From Octopus vulgaris (Eukaryota), in NCBI GenBank assembly GCA_951406725.2, contig OX597830.1, forward strand, positions 29,450,001-29,514,000: DNA of 64,000 nt. The letters are read 5' to 3'. Under the pieces are notes generated by a model that saw nothing but the letters and a program-made list of their open reading frames with translations, did no database searches and was not told where the DNA came from. Positions within the stretch are counted from its first letter, which is position 1. Every line of letters begins with the position of its first letter. Position numbers and translations under genes: made by a program. Shown here piece by piece: positions 40,815 through 54,727 of the stretch.

Positions 40815-41320
40815 TCCGATATAGGGTCAATAATTCTCCATCGCAATAAATATATATACACTAGAAACACCCACGAAAGACAATTCAACTGTAGATCAGC
40901 AAACTACTACCCGCTAAACAACAACTGTCTCGAGGAAGAAATCGTATAGAAGTCCAAGATCACGGTCCCCAACGGAGTAGCAAAGACGTATATCGGAATG
41001 ATGGGAAACTCGTTCAAAGAAAGGTATACACAACAGTTGGCGCCATTCAGAGACAGACATTTATTTAAAATGCAGCATCTCTGTCAAATATGATATGGAC
41101 ATAGAAAGAAGGTAGAATATTCAAACCGCAGATGATATGGAAAATTATTGCTAAAGACAAAAAATACGGAGGACGGTGTACCAAATGTGAAGTCTTCATT
41201 ACTGAAAAATGAAGCATTATAAAAACAACAGAAAATATCCTAAACATTAGGGATGAAAACTTCGCTCCCTGCATATATAAGCAATATTTTAACACTCAAA
41301 TACTTCAAAGAAGTATCGTC
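40815..41320 (+). mobile_element. Penelope-like element GIY-YIG endonuclease fragment (type 1)
   Basis: FNCRSANYYPLNNNCLEEEIV*KSKITVPNGVAKTYIGMMGNSFKERY...SLSNMIW...IWKIIAK..YGGRCTKCEVFITEK..II...ILNIRDE.FAPCIY matches the PLE CNC..CPLNG.CL..VVY..YIG..FK.RY..CxLCLxEK pattern. Confidence 0.85.
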
Positions 41321-41493
41321 TGCGACGTTAATTCCAAAAGCATAGCCCCTTAGTTGAACGCGAAATGTCAACACATATAGCACACAAACTCCACCCACAG
41401 AAGAAATGTGCCTCAATGACGAACTACTTCAACATACAAATATAAGAAACCACACCCAGAGCAAGAATAAAATAATGCAAACAAAGATATATA

Positions 41494-41571
<78 letters not shown>

Positions 41572-41615
41572 TATACATACTCTATCAATATATACACACA
41601 AATACATACAATGGC

Positions 41616-41659
<44 letters not shown>

Positions 41660-42691
41660 TTCAGAGGCTAGCACGTATTAAACTCAAGTTCGCATCTCGG
41701 GTATCCAACAGACAGTAATTCGGAGATAATTTTTATTACGAGGTTCATGCCAGAGAGTCTAAAAATATCTGTGAACATTTTACAATTATAAAGAAGGATG
41801 ACTGAGAAAAGATATCCTTTTATTCTGAGCAAATACATTTTATGCGTAACTCTGAATATTGAATTTCGACACTTGTTAATGACAATTCATGAATCAGTAG
41901 TTGCATATACTATTGCATAACATAGCAATGATCTTGTGATAAAACCTAGCTGAAACGATTGTAAATCAATGCAGTAAATTAACATGTCCACTTCATTCAC
42001 CTTGTTCTTATACGTGGCATAAAACGTAGGGACGTACCACCAGATGGTTTTCAATACATTTTGCATAGATTTTATAATGTATAGCAGGCCTCGTTCGGTA
42101 CGTGGCGTTGAAAAGTCACAACAATGAGAAAACATCGATGTCTGTCTCTCCGAACAGGAATCTATTGTTATTTGTCTTGCTTGCCTATATCTTATTTTCA
42201 GGTGCTTTTAACACCAATCGCATTCAGACGATTTTCTCTTACGCCTAAAGCGCAGCCGACCCACGATCTAACAGCACACTAACCAATGTATTCATTTTGT
42301 ACACATACACACACGCGTGCACACACATACATACACACACACACACACGCGTGCACACACATACATACACACACACTCACATGTATAAGTTTGGAAAGTA
42401 AGAAACGACTTGATACGTATAAGGAAAACGATACAATGTAAAAACGCTAAAATAATTTTAACATGAAATACATTTTGTAACGGTTGGCACCGGTTTCAAT
42501 TTTGTCAACTTTTTCAATTAACCGTAAAACAAAGGTGGATATCAATTATGAAGAAAAACAATTACTTCGAAGAAAAAATTGAATGAAATGCTTTGTATAT
42601 ATTTCCATAGTCTTCAAATAAGTAGGACATTTACCGTTTTTCTGCCTCTCTCTCTCCCTCTCTCTCTCTATTTTTCTCCCCCCCCTCTCTC

Positions 42692-43714
42692 TCTCTCTCT
42701 TTCTTTTGTGAAGGCTCGGTATGTAGTAGCAGATCTAAAAAAATTGTCTTTCTGCGTGCAGAGAAATATTTGGTTCTGAAGTTTGATGGTTTAAGCGGCA
42801 GCAGCCAGGAAACAGAAGAAGAAGAAGAAGAAGAAGAAGAAGAAGAAGAAGAAGAAGAAGAAGAAGAAGAAGAAGAAGAAGAAGAAGAAATAAAGACGGG
42901 TGTGGTATGACACAGTAGAGGTGGCTGTCCGTGGAATCTACTTTAATGGACAAGTGACCTAAAAGTGACCTTTTGTGGTTGCAGCAGTAGTGGTAGGAAC
43001 TGTTCTAATTAATTTCATGGTTAGCGACTCTAGATTCTAGTATTTGCGTGAGAATTATTCCAAGATCCTTGTAGTAGTGTCATCTGTGGTGGAAGCACCC
43101 AGAGGTTTATATTTTGCGATAAAAAGACATTATTTGCTAATGCACTGATTATAGTTTCCATTGTCCTTAAATTTAAAGAGGGGAAATATTCTGAAATTGG
43201 GATGTTCATTATTGTGGTACAAATGGCGATGTTTTCACTTGATTCAATTTTTCTGTATTCCCGTATTTTTATCTGGAATCTATGTTCAGTCATCTTCTGT
43301 GTAGACTGGTTTTAGTTTGACCAATGTATTGCTCACGACACTCTGAGCAAGTGAACACATATATCAGGTTTTCCGAAGCACATGTGGCGTTGTATTTCAC
43401 TATAAGACGTTGACACTATTTGAAATAGAAGACCGATCCATCGATTAGGTTGACGCATATAGCACAGTAAAGTCTTCCGCATTCTTTTACTGGCGGTTTC
43501 GATGTTGTTGACGAGTGAACTTGGGCTTGTGTTAGAATAATTTTGAATGACTTGGGAGGCCGTTTGCTTTTTATGATGGTGTGCATTTAGAGGATCTGAT
43601 TATTTTTAATGGTTCCTGCTTAAACCATCAAACTGCAGAAACCGATATTTCTTTTCACGTATTTCTTGGGATCTGATATTATTTATCGAGCCTTCACAAA
43701 TGAAAAGAGAGAGA
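42692..43714 (-). mobile_element. Penelope-like GIY-YIG fragment (type 2) bracketed by ~100 bp inverted repeats
   Basis: Minus strand about 43600-43000: IIKSKRPPKSFKIILTQA..VKECGRLYCAIC..ATCASENLIYVFTCSECREQYIGQTKTSL.R/MTEHRFQI...FIAKYKP. Arms 42692-42796 and 43618-43714 are imperfect reverse complements. Includes (AGA)n at 42813-42888. Confidence 0.85.
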
Positions 43715-44402
43715 CTGCGAACTAAGAAAGGAAGATTTCCTACCTATTTGAAGACTATGGGAATATTTACAAAATATTTCACTTAATCTTTTCTTCAATG
43801 TAATTGTTTTTCTTCTTAATTAATATCTTCTTTTTTTTTTACTTTTACTTGAAAAAGTGGAAAAGTCTGAAGGTACCAAACGTGACAAAATGTATTTCAT
43901 GATGAAATTATTTTAGCATTCTCTGCCATGCCTTATTTTATATATATGTATATATATATATATATATACGTAAAAATGCACACATATAAATATACCGTTT
44001 ACACACAAAAACATGTTATCTCTCTATCTATCAATCTCTATCTCATAATCACACAGTCACAAACACACACACATATGTATGTATATACATACATCGTATT
44101 CTAACGTAATCCACATTCAGGCTGTTATTTAAACTCTAGGTCAAATAACTGCTTATGGATAATTACTGGTGTTCGTATGAGTTGCTACATACATGGACGC
44201 GCCTCAGCCATAAACATAAATATATTTAGTTATTTAAACCACATTGTTTTCAGTCTGCTTGATATAGTATAGGGTCAGAATTCGCCATTTCTATGTATAC
44301 GCTATTTAGCCTAGTAAGATAAGCTATGCCTGGCTGTTGTAGAACCTGAAAATGGAACTGATCTCAGGCTCACTGTACCTAGCTTCATATATGCATGCAT
44401 AG

Positions 44403-44483
<81 letters not shown>

Positions 44484-45228
44484 AAGAGAGAGATAGAGAA
44501 AGAGAGAGAGATGCATACACACACACACTCATATACATACATATGGGTATACATGTCATATAAAGAAGTGTGAAACGTTGATTCGCGAATAGGATTATTT
44601 ACAAATAATATACTTTATGACATGTACTGAGTACTCTCGAGGTTATTCATTTGTGTATATAAGTAAACACATATTTGCGTCTATGTAAGTGTATATATGT
44701 ATCAACAAACACACATACACACATACACACACATATTCAGAGTGCGTATACATAAACGTATATCTCGATATCTATCTCTGGACACACACACACACACAAT
44801 TATGTCGCGTGTCATTAAGAATATATAAATATGGTAAGTGACGATGCAGTTGTTAATTTTCTCGTTTTTTTTTATTGGTGTTGTTCGTGATGATGCTGCT
44901 GCTGGTGCATACTTATCAGTGTGTGTATATGTGTGAGTGCTCGCTTGTGTATGTTTCTTGGGGGAGTGCGTGCATGTGTGTGTGTGTGTACGTGTGTGTC
45001 TGTGTATGTATGTGCGCGCGCTAGAAATGAAATGTGTTTGTTTGTGGGATTTCATTTTGACTGGTATGGCGTCTGAGAAACTGTCACTGGAAGAAGAAGC
45101 AGATAATTTGAAGATTTGCATAGAAAATTCGGTAAACAAGATAGGTGACATTCACGAAAAATCTCCTTTAATATACGCATTGACAAACACACACTTATCC
45201 TAAAACATAAACACATTTTACACATACA

Positions 45229-45395
<167 letters not shown>

Positions 45396-45715
45396 TGTAT
45401 TTATGTATATACATACATATATACACAAACATACACGCATATATAAGTAGAAATATATATGATCCTGTGTGACTGTGTGGGAGGTAGATGTTTACAGAAA
45501 TTTAGATCATTCAGTATATATCTGTGTATCATGTGTATCAAGAGATATGTTTGTGTTCTTCGGTACAGTCTCATTAGGTTATTAATAGGTTTATTGTAAC
45601 TTTATCTTATGTATATAATGAAGTGTATTCATTCCCGCCAAAAACTAATCAGTAATCAAGTCGTAGTCATTTCCCCTTATAAAGTATCCGAGATTTATTC
45701 TATCTCCTTAATTAA

Positions 45716-45747
<32 letters not shown>

Positions 45748-45993
45748 GGAATTTATCTTCTTGTCTTGTTTGTATTTCTGATTTGCTTTTACAGCGTATG
45801 TTTTTTTTTTTTCATATTTCATAAAAATACGTACATATATACAAACATATACAAATATTTATACAGTTATGAATACACACACACACTCACACACTTACAC
45901 CGAGATGCACACACTCGCATATCAATGCAATATATATTACATTAAATATATATATGCATATATATACTTATATATGTGTGTGTGTGCATATAC

Positions 45994-46030
<37 letters not shown>

Positions 46031-46088
46031 TATATATATATGTATATACCTATCCATATTTGTTTATATGTACATATATGAATATATA

Positions 46089-46123
<35 letters not shown>

Positions 46124-46195
46124 GCGTGTATATGTATGTATCTATCACCCTACCTATGTATCTATGTATCTATGTATCTATGTTTATATATATAT

Positions 46196-46261
<66 letters not shown>

Positions 46262-46683
46262 ATGTGAACTTATGTGTATGCATCATGTATCTGTGTAAAT
46301 ATAAATTCCAGTTAACATGATCTCGAAATGATAAGAAAATCAGCCGCCAACTCATAGATAATCTCTGTCCATGTCGTTACAGAGATGCAGTTCAAATTAC
46401 TGTCTTTTATAGCACAGTGCCCATAAATAAATCCATCTATATTTCAGTTTTTAGGAATAACCCTAACAAATTCAGGAGACCTGGATAGTCATTCAGCTTT
46501 TCCAAGAACTTTGAAGAGCTTCGTTGGCAGTGCGTTCTCTGTAAACATTGTCTCAAAAGATTTAAGGAGGACACCTTAGTCAATCCTTACTCTACAACTA
46601 CGTTTGGATGCTATATTACCTTTGATTCTATATTACCTGTTATACAAAACCAGACGCGATGGTCAGATGTTTAACGTTATTAC

Positions 46684-46731
<48 letters not shown>

Positions 46732-47104
46732 ACAATTTAAGAAATAAAACATATGCATACATATATACATATATGTACATATCTACATCTATATGTATAT
46801 ATACATGCATATATATATATATACAAATAAACGTAGAACACAACGAGAGACGAAAACATAAAATCAAACAAGGAAACGGACTTTTTTTAACAACGCAAAA
46901 ATAGAGTACAAGACAAACAATACAACGAATATTACCCCCTAATCAGATGCCCCTGTTTCGACTCAATGCGTGTTTCGAAGGTAAGGGCAGAACACGATCC
47001 GGCCGCGGCCGAAGTTATCCTTCCGGCAAAATGAATTAAATAAAATTCTTTTGCAGAGGGGTAAAACAGAGTGACAAGAACAGGACGTAAAAGCAATACA
47101 ATTG

Positions 47105-47178
<74 letters not shown>

Positions 47179-47604
47179 ATATATACATATGTATGTATAT
47201 GTATATATATATATATATAAATTAATGAATATTAGAATAGAGATTTACACCTTCAGGTTTTATTATACAGTAAATCACACACTTCTTCTCTACCGACACT
47301 ATGCTCTCTTTATAAAAACATTTGGATTTACCAGAATGAGAATTTACTGAGTATAGTTAATTCAACTAACTGGAGTTCATCTACATTCGCTGAAGTTTGC
47401 CGACATTGTTAACTGATAAGAGCGAACACGTTACTCGTTGGGATTATATATCCTTCGTAACCAATTCTGGAAATTAACTGCTTGTCGGGATAGTGGTGGT
47501 GACAATGAATCTTCATGAACCTCCAAAAGAACCATGTTTCTTATACGCATACGCTCATGCATATATTCATAAATACGTATATACTAGTAATCATAAATAT
47601 ATAT

Positions 47605-47835
47605 TTCTTTATTGCCCACAAGGGGCTAAACATAGAGGGAATAAACAAGGACAGACAGACGGATTAAGTCGATTACATCGACCCCAGTGCGAAACAAGTA
47701 CTTTATTTATCGACCCCGGAAGGATGAAGGGCAAAGTCGACCTCGGCGGAAGATGAACTCAGAACGTAACGACAGACGAAATAACACTAAGCATTTCGCC
47801 CGGCGCGCTAACGTGTCTGCCAGCTCGCCGCCTTC
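47605..47835 (-). mobile_element. SINE family A monomer
   Basis: Full-length match. TSD AATCATAAATATATAT at 47589-47604 and 47836-47851. Confidence 0.9.
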
Positions 47836-48495
47836 AATCATAAATATATATATATATATATATATATAGATATATATACTCACATGCATATCTGTGTGGT
47901 ATCTTTGTCTGTTTGTGTAAACACAAAGATGGCATATAGCCTCCTTGTTATGTTGCTACAACTCAATAGAAAGATTTAGGACTTGATGTCTGGTTAGGAC
48001 AGCGATTTCTGTCCTTGAACATATTTCATTCCTTGTTGCTTTTCCTCGATGGAATGGAACGAATACGCGGTACCAAATGATTTATGCTTGTGAGTAATGT
48101 GTATGATCTATAGATGTTACTCACAAAATGAACTTGCTCTTTCGTCTATGAACCAAAGATGAAAAACACGTGTAAGATATACTGTTCAAGTCATACATAG
48201 AATAATAAGGAGACAGAGGATGAAATCCGACTCTTGCCTTCATTCTCAGCTTATAGATATCACTATATATAAAGAAATCATTAGTTTACGCTGATCTGTC
48301 GGTAAAATGCAATTAAGTATGGGTGAAAATCTTTAACAGAGTAAATGTTAATCATTTCATATAATTGTTTAGAATCATCACTAATTGGCAAAACTTTAAG
48401 CCGTATGTACATATTCTTAGCAATAATAAGCCCTACGAGTATATCAGCAGCCACTTAACCTTTTTCTATTTTCTCTCCCTGTTTATTTCTACGAT

Positions 48496-48533
48496 CCTTT
48501 CTGTCGTAGAGCATATGCTCGAAACGTAAAAGA
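48496..48533 (+). ncRNA. Minimal hammerhead-like motif with variant core
   Basis: CTTT-[CTGTCGTA]-GAGC atat GCTC-[GAAA]-CG-[TA]-AAAG: stems I and II intact, palindromic ACGT stem III. The core deviates from CUGANGA. Confidence 0.45.
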
Positions 48534-48746
48534 CATTGTGACTTCCCGAGCGGTAATCTAATACATCTGTTTGTTGTTTACACACACCTCTTCCTCTTTT
48601 GTTTGTTTTTTTTTTGTAAATTCTCACTATATCTATATCTATATATATATATATATATAATATTAATTCGAGACAATAAAATTGGATTTAATCCTAAATC
48701 TGATTTTTTCCCTGTAATTTTGGATTTATTCCCTAATATTTATTAT

Positions 48747-48819
<73 letters not shown>

Positions 48820-48986
48820 GTATTCATAGATACATGCACATAAATACAAGCACGCATGTCCAGACACAAACACACACACACGAACATATATATATGTTAT
48901 ATGTGTTGACATCATTGATACTTTAACTTACAGCATAAAGAATCGCAGCAAGTGTTACTAAGTATATTGTACGACACACAAGCGAT

Positions 48987-49222
48987 TCTTATTTCTTTAC
49001 TGCCCACAAGGGGCTACACACAGATGGGACAAACAAGGACAGAAAAATGGATTAAGTCGATTATATAAGGCACCAGTGCGTAACTGGTAATTATTTAATC
49101 GACCCCGAAAGGATGAAAGGCAAAGTCAACCTCGGTGGAATTTGAACTCAGAACGTAACGGCAGATGAAATACCGCTGAGCAATTCGTCCAGCGTGCTAA
49201 CACTTCTGCCAGCTAGCCGTCT
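48987..49222 (-). mobile_element. SINE family A monomer, adjoining (AAT)n at 49223-49407
   Basis: Reverse-complement match of head, body and tail 1. Confidence 0.85.
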
Positions 49223-49303
49223 TAATAATAATAACAATAACAACAACAGCAATAATAATAATAATAATGACAATGATAATAATAATAATAACAATAATAG
49301 TGA

Positions 49304-49383
<80 letters not shown>

Positions 49384-50621
49384 TTAATAATAATAATAAT
49401 AATAATGATCTAGTAGATAGTCGTTTACTGTGAACAGACAACGGGGTTATAGTGAATACACAAACATATACTCACATATATGCATATATATATGTGTCTG
49501 TGAATATGTATATATGCATATAACATACTATATCTAATATACTTACGTAGGATTCTTTGACTATCAAATGCATTCATTGTTTAAAGCGTTAATGTGATGC
49601 GATGCCCACGAAGTTAATGTAACGCTTTAAAGAAATATATATGAATGGTCCATTCCGCTGAGGAATTTCGGTGTTATGCAATAAACGTATGGCCAGTTGC
49701 AATACAAAATCCATTGACATTTTGCCAGAGAATGCATGTCAATAGAACAGAATACTTTACTTGTGTCTTGCTTATGACTCTCCGTTTAATGTTTTACAAC
49801 TCTAAGTCTGATAATGCTACATTTATTCGTTTTTGTTTGAGAACATTTTCTTCAAATATTATGTTAGTTCATCTAGAAATTTTCATGGTTTCGTTAAGCT
49901 ACGAACATCAAAAAAACCCGCCTTTCTTTTTGTCTTTTCCTTTTTTTTTTTTTCTTAGCATTTTTGTGTTTGTCTTCATTTCATTTTCTTCTTTCTGTGA
50001 CATGAATAAAGCAAACGTCAGCTATATTGAATTCGCATGTCTGACATTAAACACGGTTGGACTTTCGATATTATTATTTTTCCTCTTTCCTTCATTTTTC
50101 CCTTCTTGTCTGTAAAACTTTCTTCTTGCAGAGCTATATTCTCTTCACTTCTATAATAAGAAAAGCATAACTAACAAGATAATAGTGCTCAAAATTAATG
50201 GTCTTATTTTTACCACTTGAAATGCTGCCAGGAAACAGTAGATGCGAAAGCAAAGATGTTGGATGGTCGAAGCTTCTCCACCACCTGTATTTTAATTTTA
50301 TCTGAAAACCTGCTCAGTCTTAATATGCAAAAGATGGAAACTTAATTTTAGTAAAGTTAATGCACTCTTAAATTTAAATATTACTGTTTTTCTTTTAGTT
50401 TGTGAATTCCACATATCCTGTCACATAATTCATCATATTCTGGTTAGATTTATGTTTGTTTCTGTCTTATGAAGTCGACTTGCAACGACATTTAACACGT
50501 ATGGCTATGTATTTAACAGGATATTTTTGCAGTTTTGTGGTTTCAGTTTCAATCTATATGAGCGGCACCTTCATTAATGTCTATTACCGAAGCTTCGCTT
50601 TAAGCGGTAACTTGTGAGTGA

Positions 50622-50855
50622 GAAGGTGGCGAGCTGGCAGAAACGCTAGCACGCCGGGCGAAATGCGTAGCCGTATTTCGTCTGCCGCTACGTTCTGTGT
50701 TCAAATCCCGCCGAGGTCGACTTTGCCTTTCATCCTTTCGGGGTCGATAAATTCAGTACCAGTTACGCACTGGGGTCGATATAATCGACTTAATCTGTTT
50801 TTCTGTCCTTGTTTTTCCCCTCTGTGTTTATCCCCTTGTGGGTAGTAAATAAATA
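50622..50855 (+). mobile_element. SINE family A monomer nested in an older family B-like relic
   Basis: 16 bp TSD GGTAACTTGTGAGTGA at 50606-50621 and 50856-50871. Rejoined flanks read GGCACCTT...TTGTGAGTGAAATTTGGTAG, like the family B body. Confidence 0.88.
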
Positions 50856-51399
50856 GGTAACTTGTGAGTGAAATTTGGTAGGGGGAGACTTTTAGATCAC
50901 CGTATATTTTTGAGTATGTATGTAATTATGCATATATGATATTATATATGCACTATTAACACACACAAACACACACACACACACAATCACGCACACACGC
51001 ACGCGTGTATACATGCATACATGCATACATGCACACATACGCACAATCACAGCTGAACACGAGTTTTGGTAGAATTTGAAATGCATGAAAACATTTTTAA
51101 CAGACAATATCTTTATTCTTGCTGTAGAAAAATATCAAAATGGTTACATCACAGATTTCGTCTCTCCTGGGATATAGTCCATCTAATATGTTATATGGAT
51201 CGCAAACGGGGAAGATGAAGAAACTAAGTCTATCTACTGTTTACAGGGAAATTATTAATGTACAGTTATTTGTAAAAGAAGAAAATCGGAAAAATTTTCC
51301 ATATGCTTTAATAAAGATTCGTTTCCTTGTATTGTGTTTGCGTTCAGCAAATGAAATACACTAACATCAGCTCTTGTCCACATGATAGGAAATACTTTA

Positions 51400-52330
51400 G
51401 GGAATCATGCTGGCTGACTACAGTGGACAAGGTCTTATAGGTTTTCGTTAGCGTAACTATGGAACAGATATAAACAGCATCATTAGACGGTTAGTCCCGC
51501 GAAGAAAGGAAATATTACCCCCTTTTTAGAATGGGAGATGAATACACAGTAATATTGGGGTAGTGTATTCAGTGATTACATTTTTCCAAGCCAGATTCTG
51601 GAGGATATGAGACACTGTATTTACGTCTCTGAAAATATGACGTCTTCTTTCTGATTTCTGAATTGCTGGAATGAGGCAGTATTGGAATTTCTCCCCTAGA
51701 ATTCGTTTATTTTTGTTTGTTTTATAAGCAAAATTATTCGACACTGTTTGTTTGATATTAGAAAAAATTTTGGAATCAAATAAATACCCTGTGAATTCTT
51801 AGTATTCTCTCGATACTTCTGTTCGCAGAAAAATTGAAGACTATAGCATAACCAAAAGGAGAAAAATATAGCTTTCCAAACGTTTAATGAACTTTCAATC
51901 TATTTCTGCTTTCTTTTATATATTTTAGTATCTAATAGCCTCCGCCACTCTACTGTTCATATAATGATGTCACACTACCACGTTCTTTTTTCTTTTGTCT
52001 CTTCTTTCATATTTCATCATGAAGATATACCTTCTCTTAAAGTCCTTCTTGATAATTGTGCACACAACCTTTCATTCACTAATCTGTTATTTTCCCTTTC
52101 CTTTTGGTCAGTTAACTTTTTCATATGTCATTTAGTGTGGATGTAATTTAAATTGAACAAGAATTTATATTGCCTGTATGTCATATGCCTGTACTTCTAG
52201 TTTGTTGGTATACATATCGCTAGCTAGTTTCGGGAATTCTTTAGCATTTCATTTAAAAAGATTTATACATATTACATAAGCGGGTATATGCGTCCTGTTT
52301 TTGTATATTTCTACGTCCTTGGTTTGCGAG
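51400..52330 (-). mobile_element. Possible highly decayed RTE-like LINE segment
   Basis: A-rich minus strand with remnants resembling the LINE linker and KKG..RG.T region. No clean motif. Confidence 0.22.
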
Positions 52331-52827
52331 GGAAGTAAAAAAATGAACATGCTGTCGACGCGAACTGAGGTAGAAGCATACACATCGTTACAAGAATATT
52401 AACATTGGAAGATTCTTGATTATCTCCCCTTCTCACATGTAGCCGTTCTAAATTTTCATTTGACAATTGGAACATATCTTCTGGCGGAGAAATTAAATTC
52501 AATAAATCAAGAATTCCTTATGTATGGTAGCTGAAACACTTCCATACATACTTACATGCAAATATGTATACGCGTGTACATAAACATATACACATACTCA
52601 CGCACGCACATACATACGCACACACACACACACGTACACACCCATACAAAACCTACAACACACCTCTGTATATATGTGTGTGTATATATATATATAGAGA
52701 GAGAGAGAGAGGAACACACACACATATATATACACACATATATACACATACGCACACATATATATACCTGTATATAGCTATCTATGTATATGTGCGTGTA
52801 TGCGTGTGTGTATGTGTGTGTGTTTCA

Positions 52828-53320
52828 ATACTGGATATTCCGACTCCATTTACTGAACCTATATCTTCGTTTTTCTTTTCTTTTTTTTTTCAGAAGAAGC
52901 TTGATATATTGGTGAAGAGGCATCCATGTCGGCCAGAATACACTCAAAATTGCAGATGAGAAAATTTTAGCTGACATGTACAGGATTTCATTAGAATACT
53001 GAAACAGATTGCTTCTTGATGATTCTCGCCGGGTATGAAAATATCGACATCATGACTACTACTCATTGCTCTGTGAATTCTGTAAATCTGTAAGACATCA
53101 CATGGACAGCTGCAATGGCGTCTACGACGCTATAGCCAGCAGAACTTAACACAGCAGGCAAGTGTCTGTGTCATCTTTGGACTATGTCTTAAGTTTAATT
53201 CAGACAACGATTTCAAGCTACTGGATTGTGTGGTCAAACCCCACCTGAGGAGGGTTGCTGCAATAAGGTCATGTGCGGCAGGAGGATTCGGCTTTTTGCC
53301 ATACCTTCGTATAAGCACTT
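52828..53320 (+). mobile_element. Second deleted maT/DD37D-like transposon copy
   Basis: MILAGYENIDIMTTTHCSVNSV matches the 37xxx copy. LKFNSDNDFKLLDCVVKPHLRRVAA..RQEDSAFCHT resembles LNSxxYxxLLxxVVKPW..VAAGRPYVWQQDSAPCHT. Confidence 0.72.
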
Positions 53321-53418
53321 AATGCATAAAAGCACACATGTTGAGTGTAGCAGACGAAATTTGTCTGTCACCGTCGCCGAAATTTCAGTATCATCTGATT
53401 TAGTTTTGTCCTATGCTA

Positions 53419-53738
53419 GGCTCAGTTGTTAGAGCGATGAGCTTACGACCGTAAGGTTGTGAGTTCGAATCCCGGACCGGACCGGGCTGCGTGTTGTGTT
53501 CTTGAGCAAGACACTTTATTTCACGTTGCCCCAGTTCGCTCAGCTGTAGAAATGAGTAGCGATGTTACTGGTGCCAAGCTGTATCGGCCTTTGCCTTTCC
53601 CTTGGATAACATCGGTGACGTGGAGAGAGGTATGCAAGGGCGACTGCTGGCCTTCCGTAAACACCCTTGCTCAGACTTTGCTTTGGAGGGTAACTTTCTA
53701 GGTGCAATACCATTGTCATTCGTGACCGAAGGGGGTCT
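53419..53738 (+). mobile_element. SINE family C
   Basis: GGCTCAGTTGTTAGAGC (A box), GAGTTCGAATCCC (B box); body and tail match 8003-8326. Confidence 0.85.
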
Positions 53739-54152
53739 GCGATATTAGAGGATTACCGAAGGCTAAGAAGGCAGTATTCGGTGTTCTAACGAAACATTGA
53801 TGTTAAGTTGGATACATAGATTGCCCTTTGGTATTAATGCTTCTTCGGCTGCAATAATTTGTAATAAGCCTGATGACATTTTGTGACATTAATGTCTGAA
53901 TGGAAGCGGGATTATTTAAATAATTTCAATGAGATTCGATTTGCATTCGGTTATATGATGCTTGCCACTGATGAAGTGTAATAGAACAAAATCAGGTGAT
54001 ATAAGAATTCTAGCGCCCATGAGAGAAGTTCGGTGCTACGATATATGCGGGCGCCTATATGAGAGGACTTCTCGAGACAAATAACACAGTATCCGTGTTC
54101 TAATATGGCATCCAAAATAACTTGGATATAACGATCATCTATCTATCTATCC

Positions 54153-54315
<163 letters not shown>

Positions 54316-54319
54316 TATA

Positions 54320-54678
54320 TACTCTTTTACTTGTTTCAGTCATTTGACTGCAACCATGCTGGAGCACCGCCTTTAGTTGAGCAAATCGGCTCCAGGACTT
54401 ATTCTTTGTAAGCCTAGTACTTATTCTATCGTTCTCTTTTGCCGAACCGCTAAGTTGCGGGGATGATGTTGGCGGGACAAACACAGACACACAAACATAC
54501 ACACCCATAGACACACATATATACGACGGGCTTCTTTCAGTTTCCATCTACCAAATCCACTCACAAGGCTTTGCTCGGCCAGAGGCTATAGTACAAGACA
54601 CTTGCGCAAGGTGCCACGCAGTGGGACTGAACCCGGAACTATGTGGTTTGTAAGCAATCTTCTTACCACACAGCCACT
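54320..54678 (-). mobile_element. SINE family B
   Basis: Near-collinear with 12027-12440. Confidence 0.87.
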
Positions 54679-54686
54679 CGTGTGCT

Positions 54687-54727
<41 letters not shown>

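Noticed and set aside
41365-41390. GTTGAACGCGAAATGTCAAC downstream of the Penelope fragment
   Set aside because: Has GAAA..GTC and a short stem but no CUGANGA core.
52865-52960. Strong plus-strand splice acceptor (T-tract-CAG at about 52893)
   Set aside because: Downstream sequence is the decayed maT-like transposon with stops. Exonisation cannot be supported without RNA data.
53419-53490. tRNA gene candidate (A and B boxes)
   Set aside because: No acceptor stem, and it continues into a repeated SINE body. The same applies to all other A/B-box hits.
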